Shown here piece by piece: positions 23,601-36,181 of a stretch of 64,000 nucleotides of DNA. Source of the DNA: Oopsacas minuta (Eukaryota > Animalia > Porifera); NCBI GenBank assembly GCA_024704765.1, contig JAKMXF010000022.1:376981-440980 (forward strand). Direction: 5' to 3'. Numbering within the stretch: position 1 is the stretch's first letter; every line of letters starts with the position of its first letter. Position numbers and translations under genes: made by a program. The notes beneath the pieces are model-generated. The model worked only from the letters and a program-made list of their open reading frames with translations, did not search any database and had not been told where the DNA came from.

Positions 23601-26600
23601 TGATTTCTCCCGATTTACATAATTTGTCGCTCTCTCAGATAATTATTATCATGAAAGCAATCATACCATTATGTATCTACCCGCATAAGGAGTGGTTATT
23701 CAATTGGTTGTCTCAAACTGAATGTATCCCATGTGGACTTGATTCTGTTAACTTCAAATTAAACTTTCCTTGTAAGGTAGTTTGTCCAAATACGATTATT
23801 TCAAAACTCTATTATGCTAAAGAAATGAGACAACCAGTACCTGAACTACGTCAAATGTTCACTTTCAACGATCCTAATAATGCAGATAGTATTGTCCTTC
23901 AGAGATTGGGAGTTATTTCGCAAACTCTACCTGAATGTGAAATAATCGAGCGTTGTGGCATTACTGGAAATTTAGAAATTGGATTAGCAATGGAACATTC
24001 ACTTATTCTTATTGAGTATCTGTCACGAGAAAATTCAGAGGTTTTTAACTCAGTTTATCCTAAGATACGATCAATTCGTTTTATACCCACGTATACAGAT
24101 GAAATAACTAGAGTTCTTTCAAGCCAAGTTCACCCTTTTGCTGCTCCTATAGAATGTTATTCATTTTATGATCGTCATCTAGTCACTCCATTTTGTACGT
24201 CAGCCTGTAGTGAAGTTAAGGAGACAGCTGAGGTTCTGAAGCTTTTCCATAATCCTTCATTTGATACCGTCTTTCAAGTTTTGACTACCCTTATAGCACA
24301 ACCAGACAAAATTCGTGATATCAAAATTGATGATAAGATTATCGCTATATACCGATACATTTCTTCATCTGATCCTGAGTATTTGCCTCAAATCATAACA
24401 GACGGTAAGCAGTGGATATGGGAACCAGAAATGAGATCGTTTTACGCATCTGATCAAGTAATACTATCTCCATACTTAATGGGTGTTCCAAAAAATAAAT
24501 ATTTGGTTAGTTTTCCATATAGAGATATGTTAATGGATAAGCATTTTGAAACTTACTTAAATAATGTTGGTATCAAAAATCGAATCGATGACGAAACAAT
24601 AATTGATTGTTTTGAGAGAATTTACAATGATTATGGTGAACAACCCGTTGATGCAAATCTGATTGCATTCATTCTAAAACTAATTGATTCAATTCAAAAC
24701 TTCGGGTATTGTTCAGAGAAAGTATTCCTCTTAAGTCAGTTAGATATTCTCCATCGTCCGAGAGAACTATATGTTAACTATAAATCTCATTTGTGTAGTT
24801 TTTTGAACGATGAATGTTACTCTAAATATATTGTAAAGCTTCAAATCCATCCTTCAAGAGCTTTCCAACTAGGAACTCGGTCTTGTGAAGAATTATTTTG
24901 TACAGATGATTCTGAGTTTGGGTTAAGTGAAGAAATCACTGATCGTATAAAAGGCTTGATAAGAGAAATGCCAATTGAATCAGTTTTTAAAGAGTTAATA
25001 CAGAATGCGGAAGATGCTAAAGCTACTGAAATGGTATTTATACTAGATGATCAGGATTACAGTACCCACACAAATACTCTAGTTGAAAACAATTTCAATT
25101 ATCCCAATTTGAAAGATCTTCATTCTTATCCATCACTTAATGTATACAATAATAAGGGATTTTCAGAGGGTGATATTAAAGGGATACAGAATTTGAGTGT
25201 TGGAGGGAAAACGAATGATAGAAATACTATTGGAAAATTTGGCCAAGGTTTTAATTCTGTCTATCATATCACTAATGCTCCAACCTTTGTTTCTACACTG
25301 CTTGAGAAAAAAGAAATATCATTTTGTTGTTTTGATCCATTCCTGAAGTACACAAATTGTAAATTCCAACAACAGAATTTAAAACGTGGATTAAGAAGAA
25401 ATATTCCTTTTAATAACACAAACAAATTTTCCGATCAATTGTTTCCTTTCAAATACGAGAACTTTAATAATAATAATACAGTTAATGAAAGTCTTACTAA
25501 CATCAGGAAAAATAAAGAATATACAATGTTTCGTTTCCCCCTTGACATTCAAAAACCTGAAACCAATACTTCTATCCTAGGTACTGCTTACGAAAATGTA
25601 AGAATCTCCTACTCTCTTGAAAATTTGGAAACAGAGTTATTGAAAGTAATCGAATCATATCCTGATATTCTCCTCTTCTTGACTCATCTTTGTAGCCTTA
25701 AAGTATTAAGAATTGATAAAAATAGAAATGTTAAATTGCTCAGTTCACTGAATGTTAAACCCAGAAAACCAATTTTAACTGAACTTCCGTGTTGGTTTCC
25801 TTTGAAACATTCTCCTTTCTTAAAGATACAAGAAAAAGAGAATAAATCTTTGCAATCTGATAAACGGAAATGGCTTATCTATTCTATTCCGGACATTCCA
25901 ATTGCCGAGTATGTTGTTGAGGATCCTTCTCTTACAGAATATTCACATTATTACTCTAATGAAAAGTTATCAGGATATGGCTCTGTAGCAGTGAGAATTT
26001 CTAATCTCAACAACCGTTCAAACTATTCAAATTTATTTACTTTTTTACCAGTTGGATTGCTAGCTGATTTTCCAGTTCACATAAATGCTGCTCTTATACT
26101 TGATTCTTCGAGACAAAGTGTCCACGATAGAAAGATTGATTGGGAAATTAGATGGCACTCTTCCATCATTAAACTCATTCTAGTGCCTCTCTATACAATG
26201 CTTTTATTAGATCTCCGGGATCCAAGAACTGTTATCAACGACGTGTCAACGAATAAAAAACGCTATTTTGATTGGTATTATTCACTATTCCCATGTACTG
26301 AACCCAAAAACATTTTCTTATCAGAGATTAAGAAGACACTCTACGATTTTCTTGTCAATGTTAACCCAGAAATCTTACTAGCAGATAATCTGCTAGTTTC
26401 AGAGACAAGGATTTGGTACAACTTAAAGGGTACTAATTGCGGTATTTTTAAACCATCTTCTTTTTTCAAACTTCCGTCTACTGATATTGATAGAGATTTT
26501 TATCACCAAATTATTTCAAATCATGAATTAAGAGAATCTGAGATTAGCAAGTCTCTTATTATAATTAAATTTCCCCTCACTTTTGCTCCTCTTCGCCTCT

Positions 26601-29600
26601 TACATTTATTTAAGAGTAATGAACTAAATCCAATAAAGCTTCTCAGATACTTGAATAATAATCCAAAGTGTGTATTTAGAGAAAATGCTGCTTCTAATAA
26701 CCTTGAATCCATGGTTCTTACTTTTCCACAATTACTAACGTTTTTAGAATACATCCTAACTGATAGTAAAGATTACCCATCCACACATAAAATTCCTTTA
26801 AGAATTGATTTGAATACTAATTTATGCGATTTTGACCCACAAAATCCTTCTTTTATTCCAACTTTCTCTTCGCTGTTACCACATTGTGCTGAACATTTTA
26901 TTTCTTCAGATTACAACTGTGAAGTTATACAAAAATTGTTATACATTGGATATGTTAGGGATTTAGATTCGGATTATCTAGCAAAACATTTGGAAATAGA
27001 ATCTTCAAGCAAATGCTTAATATTTTGGGAATATATTCTATTTAATAAAATAGATCAAAATGGGTTAACCCAATTTAAAAATCACCTTCTTCTTCCAGTT
27101 TATGATCGCGATGATGATCATTTCATTTACTATCCAATTAGTAAATTGGAATTTCTATTAACTTCAGCTCTCGAGCAAAATGATAAGATTCTCTTTAGTG
27201 CATTGAATAAACTAGGATGTCCACTTTTGGGTTTAGAGTTATTTAAAAGTTCATACTTATCCAGTAGTAATACATTTAATTTGGATACATTCCTCACTGA
27301 AATAGAAAAATTATTAAATCCTATTGCAATATCCACAAGTAGATCTTCTCATATAATTCTTGGTTCAATTGAATGTTCTACTCTTTCATCTGCTGATCTT
27401 GAACCGACAGAATCTAGCTTGTTGCTAACATTATTTTCTACTCTCCAACCATGTAAACTTTCAAATAACCAGCTCCGTATATTCTCTACTCTTAAGATAT
27501 TTAAAAGCATTAACTCCAAATGCTTCTCTTTAAAAGAATTCAATATTTGCTTTGTGAATGACCACCGTATTCCTATTGGCACTGAACTGTTTGATCTGCT
27601 ACACGAAAGACATAAATTAATCGTTTTCCAACCAACTTGTAGTATTGTCCTCCAAAATTTCTGTCTAAAACTGGGAAAAGACTTTCTCGATCTCAGTAGA
27701 TTATTTATTGAATATATATTCAAATATCTGTCAACTCTTCCTTTCGTTGAACAAAATAGTTTAGTCAGTTTTATAGCTGGAAAACTTGCCGAGAACGAAG
27801 TTGATTATCTTCCATATCTTATTGATAATTTAAAACAAATTTCTTTTATTTTGAATGCAGACGGCTTGCTTTGTACTGTTAATGAGTTTTATTGTGGTAA
27901 TTTACCGTTCGTCAATACATTCCTGGCAAATTATTCACTTCCTGAGGACTGGAGAGGTGAGAATCTAAAACCACTTTTTCTAAAACTTGGCTTACAAACT
28001 TCTGTCAGTTTAGATAAGCTATTGTTTGTTGCTAATGAATTTTCACTTAAGAAATTCGAGAGTGAAAAATTAAAAATCTTTTTGGTGGAATTTGCGCGGA
28101 TTTTACAAAATCTTAATAATTTCGAAACGAATGAAATCGCTATTATTCAACAGATCTCAAAATTGAAGTTTCTCCCTGTTTGGAGATATGCTAAGATCAC
28201 TGATCGCCAAATACAGGAATCTTCTACATTGGCTAAATTCTCTGAAGCTCAGTTATACGAAAATCAACATTGCTGTTGTTGTGCTTCTTGGGTACACACA
28301 TACAGTTTAAATTTGCCGGATAGTTCATACGAAATTTTGAATATTCAAAAGACACCTCCACCAGATGTTGTTAAACAACACCTGCATCTAATAACAACTC
28401 ATATTTTACAACAGTATTCTCCACCTACACAAATTCCGAATTGTTATGGTGAGTACTTCAGATCTTCATATGAGTATTTCCAGCACTTGTTAGATAGTTG
28501 TGACATTTCTCTGGTAGAATTTTATGATGTACGTTGTATATTATGGGAAAGACAGTTATTCTATCCAGTTAATATGTTGTTCACTACTACTGAAGGGATC
28601 AAACCCTTTATAATACAACTCCCATCTGAGTTGTCACATTTATTCAGTAAATTCTTTGAGTGTATTGGAGTTAAACAGGCTGCAGATTACACTCATTACT
28701 CTTACGTGTTAAAGAAAATACATCGAACCTTATCACAGAGAAATGAAAATTTAGCTGGAAGTTCTTACGAAGTTCAGATCAATATTGTATTCGCTCTATT
28801 CATCAAAACATTACGAAGTTCCAATATTAACGAAATTAGACTTGATTTGGATAGTACTTTAGTTTTGACGAGAAATCCCAAACCAAAACTTCTCCCATGC
28901 TCTGAAGTTGTATATGCTGACAATCAAGCTCTTCTCTCAAGAGTTACAAAAAAAAATATTGAGATTAACATACTCAAAACCTTAGAACCTGATGGAAGTA
29001 ATTCTTGTGTACCTCCTGACTGTCTAAAATTAAAAAGACTAAGTAAGGTCATCTCAGAGAATATTGATCCAATAGTCAACTCTTACAAAATTACAAATAC
29101 TGGTTTAGCAGATTATTTGGAAAAGAAATTTAATGACCCTTTATTTTACCGATTATTACGTAGACTATTTTATCACTTAACTAAGAAGGATTTGAATAAT
29201 ATGAGATTCAAAGGTTTCACAATCCAAGATCTTCTTAACAATCTTAAAGTTGAATCTGTAAAGCAAATAGATATTAATATTAATGACAAGCGTTATGATA
29301 GGCAGTATAAGCTAGAAAATGCCTGTGGATGTTACATATGCACGAATACCAATAACAATATATTCCTTCTGTCTGACCATCACACAATGCGTGATTGCAT
29401 TTTCAAAGACATTGCTTTCTATCTGAATACTTACCTTGAGGAAATATTCAGCGAAGTTCTAGCTCATTTAGAAATATGTATACAATTGATAGATTATTGT
29501 AAAATTATGGAAAAGCTGAGTGAGTTCAACATAGATCTAGATCCATGGGACCTACCAGGAGAAATTATAAAAACAGATGATCAAATTAATACCCACCCTC

Positions 29601-30238
29601 ATTCGAATTTTTCAAATAATTACCATGGCCATATGTCCTATGGTACCCCTTTCCAACCCCCAAGACCAGAGGGTATATCAATCGGAGAACCAGATCCTTC
29701 TGCAGCTAAACTATCTATAAATGTATCACAATGCAACCTCTTAGCAGCTAAACATTTAATCACACCGATCCCTCCTACAAACCTAACCTTCCCAGCTCTT
29801 TCTTGCTTCCTCAGCTTCGAAGCACTTATCAATATCTTTCATGCTCTTTTACATTTTGTCGGTTCTCGAAACAGACTTACAACAGAGAGAAACTTAAGAG
29901 TTTATTTCAACTTAATCTCTCAAGTACTCCCCGAAGATATTAGTAAAGAAATTCATATGTTAACGTGTTCCCTCATGGACTATGACTTTGACACCAGATA
30001 TCCCTCTGCTTCTCTCATTCCTTGCCTATGCAATTACATTCCACAACAACTATACTCTCTAAATCAAGCTGAAGATGCTATTGTAATAGTTAATCAGATA
30101 ATAATCCTGGTAACGAATACATTTCCAGATTTGAGAAAAATGCTTGCCCCACAGAATCATCAGATGTTCACATGTAGTACTGCTACTTCTAGTCCACAGC
30201 TTATTACGAGACTTCCATGTAGTAAGTTGAAGTTGTAA
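17601..30238 (+). CDS. SACS-like: Sacsin-like protein: three SRRs (HSP90-like GHKL) plus C-terminal HEPN, ~4,150 aa after repairing one frameshift at ~22500
   Basis: Exons 17601-17631, 17703-17788, 17839-18097, 18160-30238. Three ELxQNxxDA ... GxFxxGF.xVY...TxFRxP blocks. C-terminal EPDPSAAK...DTRYP...AEDAI is HEPN-like. Confidence 0.93.
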
Positions 30239-30250
30239 TGCCAATTCCGT

Positions 30251-30347
30251 CAGTGGCGTAGCCATTTCAGGCCTAGGCCTGGGCCTGGCTAGTAGAGGTT
30301 GTGATTGTGTAATATAGCCTATCTAGACCTGGGCAACCACGCCACTG
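30251..30347. mobile_element. hAT-like MITE (97 bp)
   Basis: TIRs CAGTGGCGT / ACGCCACTG; flanking 8-mers aattccgt / atttctgt match 6 of 8, consistent with an aged 8-bp TSD. Confidence 0.65.
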
Positions 30348-30548
30348 ATTTCTGTATGTTTACAATCTATTATGATACGTAGTTACGTACGTATATACGA
30401 TTATACTTATACGGCGCCAGTACGATAGATTCATAGACAAATAGTACATAACATGGAGCATTTATATTAAAGTTTGCTTAACATGGAGTTTCATTTATCG
30501 CGAACTACGCCTTTATATGAATAGTGTGTTTTTGTCCTGTGAGAGTTC

Positions 30549-31217
30549 ATGATAAGCGACCCTGACCTGGCTCACTGTATCTTATTTCCATCTGATGTTC
30601 TTGTTCTATTAACCTTTATACTATATATTTATTATTTAGTTGACATGTGTCAGGGGATTCGTCAAGTTGCTCTTGAGACTGACAGTAGTGAATTTGCTGC
30701 AATCACACGTAGATTTCATCAATCTATGCCATACGCTGGAGTTATCACGATTACAAAGATAATCAATCCAGATAGTTGGAAAATGTTTGAGGCGAATATT
30801 AAGCAAGAACTTCCCAGATTCCCAAATATATGTCTAACTATTCGCCTCCTCTTCCACGGTTCTAGCAAAACTGATCCTAATATTATTATCAAAGATTCCA
30901 CCGGATTTAATATGAAGTTTGCAGACAGAGGCTTGTGGGGTCATGGAATTTATTTTGCTTTCAGTTCCTCCTATGCACATCGCTATTGTTTCAATATTGC
31001 AAAAGAAAGACATTGTATATTTGCTGCTTCAGTATTAATTGGAAATTCAAAACAATTGCCTCAGAATAGAAGTTTAACTGGGCCTCCTCCCATGCCTAAC
31101 GGTAGAGATAATTACCACAGCGTCCAGGGTACACGTGATGGAGAACTGATTCATGTTGTATACAAGAATTCTATGGCTTATCCTAACTATCTGATAACAT
31201 ATGCAACTCATACGTAA
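30549..31217 (+). CDS. PARP-family catalytic domain, H-Y-I triad (mono-ADP-ribosyltransferase type); possibly the terminal exon of the sacsin gene
   Basis: LLFHGS, GHGIYFA, ELIHVVY and AYPNYLITY. A strong acceptor at 30639 suggests the hydrophobic N-terminal stretch of the ORF is intronic. Confidence 0.9.
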   Translation: MISDPDLAHCILFPSDVLVLLTFILYIYYLVDMCQGIRQVALETDSSEFAAITRRFHQSMPYAGVITITKIINPDSWKMFEANIKQELPRFPNICLTIRLLFHGSSKTDPNIIIKDSTGFNMKFADRGLWGHGIYFAFSSSYAHRYCFNIAKERHCIFAASVLIGNSKQLPQNRSLTGPPPMPNGRDNYHSVQGTRDGELIHVVYKNSMAYPNYLITYATHT

Positions 31218-31715
31218 GCTATTTTATTATTTGTTAGATCATTTTAAGTTTATTATAGATTTATATTTTCGATCTATTTTCGTGGGATTTTTATTTTATC
31301 TACAAATTATTTATTTATTTATTTATTGTATTTTCTGACTTAATAGCTGTCTCTTAGTAGCTGGTATTATGTGATTATTTCAAAATATGTAGACCATTCA
31401 TTACGTATTTGATTATATTAATTTCCTAGACAGATTGCATTTTCATAGGGGTAATTATTGAATTGGTAATCGATCTAGGGGAATAGGGGTAATTGAATCA
31501 ATTGTTTGGGATCCTCCGCCTATTCTGATTCTAAATATTCTGCCTTTTATCGATTATATTAGCCAATAAGGAATATGATGTGGCATTGAAATAGCATGTG
31601 GTTACGGGAATTAATAGGAATCAAGCAACCAACTTAGGGCTATCTATACCTGATCACGTAATTCTTTTTATCTAGCTATCTTAATCCTAATCTTAACTAA
31701 TTCTACAAACACAAT

Positions 31716-33278
31716 ATGGTTCGAAAACTTTACGATTTATGCATCTTAGCTATTGAACTGAATCTCAAACACATTCCTAAGTTGAGAATTAATCTGCCTG
31801 GCTACCTTAGAGAGCTCCTCCTCCATAGACTAGCACTTCATAACCATCTCAGTCCTCCTCACAAACCTTACGTAACGTACAACTTATTCTCAGACTCTCT
31901 TAAACACATTAATTTTAGCTATTGTACACAGATAACTGATGATTTGTTCTGTCTACTAAACGATTGTGGTTGTAAACTGACAAGTTTCTGTTTGAATACT
32001 AGTTTAGGATTCTCTGTTGAAGGGCTAGCTAATTTTCTACTCGCACAAGATGAATTGGAAATATTAAAATTGAAAAGACTGCATACTCTGTCTTTATTGG
32101 ACTCGTTTGAAGGGAAAATTCGATCTACAAGGCTAAGCGAGCTTTCCTTCACATATTGTGATTTTATGACAGACAAGATTTTGTGTTCAATAGGTTTGTA
32201 TTCCAAAGGTATAACCAAGTTAAGGCTGGAGCGAATGAAGCTGATAACAGATGAAGGAGTTGTAGGCTTGTTGAAGCAGCAAACTGAAGGGAAATTGATA
32301 ATTTTTAAAGTTTATCGAATGTTTGAATTGTCAGGGAAAACATTGGATTCATTTTCAGAATTCTCACCCAAATTAGAACAACTTATTATACCAAATTGCA
32401 CTAAAGTATCTTTATTGTCTATTTATACTGTTCTCTCTAAATGCGGCAATTTAAAAGTATTGGATATTCCAATTACAACCAATCTTACCGGTGAAACTTT
32501 TGGCGAGATTATCTCACAGAAATGGAATAGTCTCCAACAACTGAATATTAGCGGCAATACTATTGTTCCTGAGACGATGGCACTGCTGTCTGTAGCATTC
32601 CCAAATTTAAAGAAATTCTATTTTGGAGGTACCGAAATCAACAACTCTATTTTTGAGCAACTTCTAATGAATTTTAATGGACTAACTACTTTTGATTGTA
32701 TGTACTGTAGGAATGCAGATCAGAAAACTTCTGAATTAATCTCAGAATATTGTCACTCTTTGGAGACGTTAGCGATTGGAGCTTGGAAACTTGACGGAGA
32801 GGGATTGTTACCCTTGTTTGAGGAGAATAGAGCACTTAAGCTAACTTCAATTGAGCTTACAGGTTGTAAGAACACTTCTCCAAGAGTACTAAATTCTCTA
32901 ATAGGAAACTGTAAGAATCTAGAGGTTCTATTTCTACGTGGAATTAACGCTGTAGACGATCAGACTGTCTATGATATTGCTAACAACTTAAAACAGCTTA
33001 AAAAGATAAGTTTTCGCGGTTGTACTCACATATTGTTAGAAGAAAGTTTAGTCGAATTGATCCTAGAGTGTAGAATGCTACAAATGATTGGATTCCCTGG
33101 TCTTTTGTGTGTACGAGACAGACTAATATATGTAATAGCTGATAACCTATTTGATCTGGAAGTGTTGTATATTGACGGATGTAATTATGTCAGTTCACAT
33201 GCACTGGATTATCTACGTAGAAAGACTACTTCTACCTTGTATATCGAGCATAAACTGGTTGGAGCTATACACATATGA
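31716..33278 (+). CDS. Leucine-rich repeat protein (FBXL/AMN1-type LRRs) with N-terminal BC-box/Cul2-box-like motif, intronless
   Basis: KLYDLCILAI (LxxxCxxxI) then LPGYLRELLL; repeated LxxLxLxxCxxITD units. Confidence 0.85.
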   Translation: MVRKLYDLCILAIELNLKHIPKLRINLPGYLRELLLHRLALHNHLSPPHKPYVTYNLFSDSLKHINFSYCTQITDDLFCLLNDCGCKLTSFCLNTSLGFSVEGLANFLLAQDELEILKLKRLHTLSLLDSFEGKIRSTRLSELSFTYCDFMTDKILCSIGLYSKGITKLRLERMKLITDEGVVGLLKQQTEGKLIIFKVYRMFELSGKTLDSFSEFSPKLEQLIIPNCTKVSLLSIYTVLSKCGNLKVLDIPITTNLTGETFGEIISQKWNSLQQLNISGNTIVPETMALLSVAFPNLKKFYFGGTEINNSIFEQLLMNFNGLTTFDCMYCRNADQKTSELISEYCHSLETLAIGAWKLDGEGLLPLFEENRALKLTSIELTGCKNTSPRVLNSLIGNCKNLEVLFLRGINAVDDQTVYDIANNLKQLKKISFRGCTHILLEESLVELILECRMLQMIGFPGLLCVRDRLIYVIADNLFDLEVLYIDGCNYVSSHALDYLRRKTTSTLYIEHKLVGAIHI

Positions 33279-33385
33279 TTGTTAACGTTTGTTGTTGTTG
33301 TTTTTGTTATGTTTTGTATTTTTATTCGTTTGTTCGTGATTACTGATAAATTATTTTCTACTACACTTCAGTTCTCTTTTACTCC

Positions 33386-33522
33386 CAGGGCTGTGGCTTC
33401 GGATACTAAGCATCACCTGTGACAATTACGTCATAATTTCGTCATAGGTGTGAATTTTCTTCCAAGACTCGAACTTGTCCGAGTCAGGCCCAAACACCCC
33501 TGTATCCCATAAATCAGCCCTG
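33386..33522. mobile_element. Possible hAT-like MITE remnant
   Basis: Inverted ends cccagggctg...ggatac / gtatcc...cagccctggg; no matching TSD found. Confidence 0.3.
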
Positions 33523-35002
33523 GGGTCTTCCAGTCCCTTCAATCAATCCTGGATTTACAAACATATATAGTTATATACACATATATGATAGATTAATTGC
33601 GTTTTCATAATGTAGATTCTACTGTTTACTATTACTAATGTTTCTATATATTTTTCATATTAATTCATCACCTAATGAAGTTTCTGACAGATGAAATGCT
33701 TCAGATGAATACCATTATCTAGTTATTTCATTACTTCACAATATTGCTCTCCGCCATACATTCTTTGGTGAGTTTTTGTTCAATTATCACATTGTTAATT
33801 AGCGAAAGTAACTCATCCCATGATCTTATCAATAATGTAATTAATTGTTTATCCTCACATTGTCTACATTCTAAGTAGCATAAGAATTAATAAACTTAAA
33901 ATAGACTCAACTTTAATTAGTTCTGTTGTATTGGTACTTGTACAACTCATTGTAAACTTTAACGATTTTGTAAGATGTTTTTACAAGAATTATTTTTTCG
34001 TTGTATCTGTTTCCTTCCATATGTTGCATCCCGTATATGAGTACAATTTGTGTAATATTGCTATTCCTAGCTATCAAGAAGGATATCTTTGATTCGATCT
34101 TATAAGATATCTTTACTATAAGTTAATGTATTCTTGCTTTCTCTCTTATTAGCGAACAAGGAAGCAATATTTCTTTATTCGAATCCTTCCAACGAGCCAT
34201 ATATAAAGATAAATACCATATAAACGCTTCTGCAGATTAGAAGGTACGAATCTGTTAGTTGTATAATAAACTAGTTTGAATTGAATTTACATATGACTTC
34301 AGAATTGTTCTTATTCGGAGATTCATTCATTCGAATTATTTCCTTACTAATCATGGAAGTCAATTGTACCAGCCAGTCATGTGAAATTACTTAATTAGAT
34401 AGTTCACTACTATTGTAATAATAGGTGTATAGAGATGGCACAATTATCTACCAGTACATGATAATGAACTTATTCATGTGTAATATTATTTTCATATTTT
34501 AATAATTAATAACAATATCCCTGCACATTTGAGAAAATATATTTCATGTTCATTATTTCTGATTCCTCCACCCATATCCAACCAATGCTCCACCTTTTTC
34601 ATCATATTTCGTATAACACAATGCCTGTGCTTAATTAATTAAAATCGTACGTAAATACGAAATCCAATAAACTCTGCTCGATACTAACTTGATTGTTCAA
34701 GGGCGTATTCGTTAATAGAGAATGGGAGTACATTATATTAAATATATTCAAATTAGCTACACTGACTGGTACACACAATGCAATCTAGCCAAATTAAAAT
34801 GACTTATCTGGATAAGTATCGGATAACATAGTCAATTAGGTTTCTCTATCACAATTACCTGCTCTATATGACTTCATTAACCTTATTGAACTTGGATACT
34901 ACGGAGATGTATTTAAAGCAATAATGTCTATTCTGCAAATTAATACTATAGTCAATAATCATAAATATATACTATATTTCACATTTTCCATATCTTTCAA
35001 CA

Positions 35003-36181
35003 ATGAATTCTGCTATTGACTCTTCTGCTTGTTTGAATTGCAAAATTATCTCAAATGAATGTAAATTACTAAATTGTTGCCATTCGCTATGTGACGTTTG
35101 TTTCTACAATTTCCTATCCAATGATACCCTTCATTGCCCCAACTGTCAAATCCACACCCAGTTATCAGACCTGCAAGACAACTTTGTCCTCTCAGAGGTT
35201 ATGAATGCCCTACAGTTAGAACAAAAATTCCAGCATGGAAAGAAGTGTGGCAATTGTACATCATTTTTTCCTTCCAAAGCAATGTATTACTGCATTGAAT
35301 GTAAGAAGTTTTATTGCGCTTACGACTATACTGAACACCAGAATCTCCTTTCCCCACCCTACTACCATCACGTCGTTAAGAGCAACGGCAGAACTCCTAC
35401 ACCACAACCAGTTTCAAGCACAACCTGCCGACACATTAATAAAGCTAGTTACTACTGTCTCGGCGAAAATCAAGCTATCTGCAGATATTGTGCTAAGAAA
35501 GATCATTCAGGTCATGAATGCGTTGCCATCGCACAAGTGCAAATAGAGAAAGTGGAAGAAATTAATAATCAACTTCAGATAATACTCAATAAAGTTAATT
35601 CCATCAATGATTATGTAAAGTCACTTGAAACTATGAGTCTTGATTTGGAACGTTATGAGAAGCAGACAGTGTCGGAGATAATAGACTACTATGACAATGA
35701 AATACGAAATATCCAGGAGAGACAACGCCTCGAACTTAATGGCTTCTTTACCGAAATGGAAAGCAGAAGAACTTCAATGTCGAATACAGTTCATCAAGCT
35801 AAACAACTCAAATCATTTTTAAAGCAAACTCATAGATTCATAAAATCCAGTACTTCCGTGCTCTCTCCTCCGACCTTCATTTCTAAAGCACATTTCCTTA
35901 GCACTCGTTGTGAAGATATCATAAATATAACTCAGGACTTTAATTTTAACCTCCGAACAGTTATAGGACCATTTGACCATGACTTTTACAGGAAACCTGA
36001 AAGAGAGGAATCTATCCCTGGCTCCATGATTTCACTGGACTCTAGCATAGTTAATGCTAGAACCTGGTATAACAGCTCACAGTCTACTCGGAACAACAGT
36101 CAAACTAATCAGCATCATCTTGTATCACCACAAAGAAATTGGATGCGTTTTAGTCAATCCAAAGCAGCTACACTTCTCTAG
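35003..36181 (+). CDS. TRIM/RBCC protein (RING, two B-boxes, coiled coil; no recognisable C-terminal domain), intronless
   Basis: RING CLNC...CCHSLCDVC...CPNC; B-box1 CGNC...YYCIEC...H; B-box2 CRH...YYC...ICRYC...DHSGH; helical coiled-coil region follows. Confidence 0.9.
   Translation: MNSAIDSSACLNCKIISNECKLLNCCHSLCDVCFYNFLSNDTLHCPNCQIHTQLSDLQDNFVLSEVMNALQLEQKFQHGKKCGNCTSFFPSKAMYYCIECKKFYCAYDYTEHQNLLSPPYYHHVVKSNGRTPTPQPVSSTTCRHINKASYYCLGENQAICRYCAKKDHSGHECVAIAQVQIEKVEEINNQLQIILNKVNSINDYVKSLETMSLDLERYEKQTVSEIIDYYDNEIRNIQERQRLELNGFFTEMESRRTSMSNTVHQAKQLKSFLKQTHRFIKSSTSVLSPPTFISKAHFLSTRCEDIINITQDFNFNLRTVIGPFDHDFYRKPEREESIPGSMISLDSSIVNARTWYNSSQSTRNNSQTNQHHLVSPQRNWMRFSQSKAATLL

Noticed and set aside
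18850-30265. Numerous short antisense or alternate-frame ORFs inside sacsin
   Set aside because: Shadow ORFs of a long coding region; no motifs.
33600-34640. Coding-like minus-strand fragments (e.g. HDWLVQLTSMISKEII, LIRSWDELLSLINNV)
   Set aside because: Interrupted by many stops; no family recognised, so no pseudogene call is supportable.
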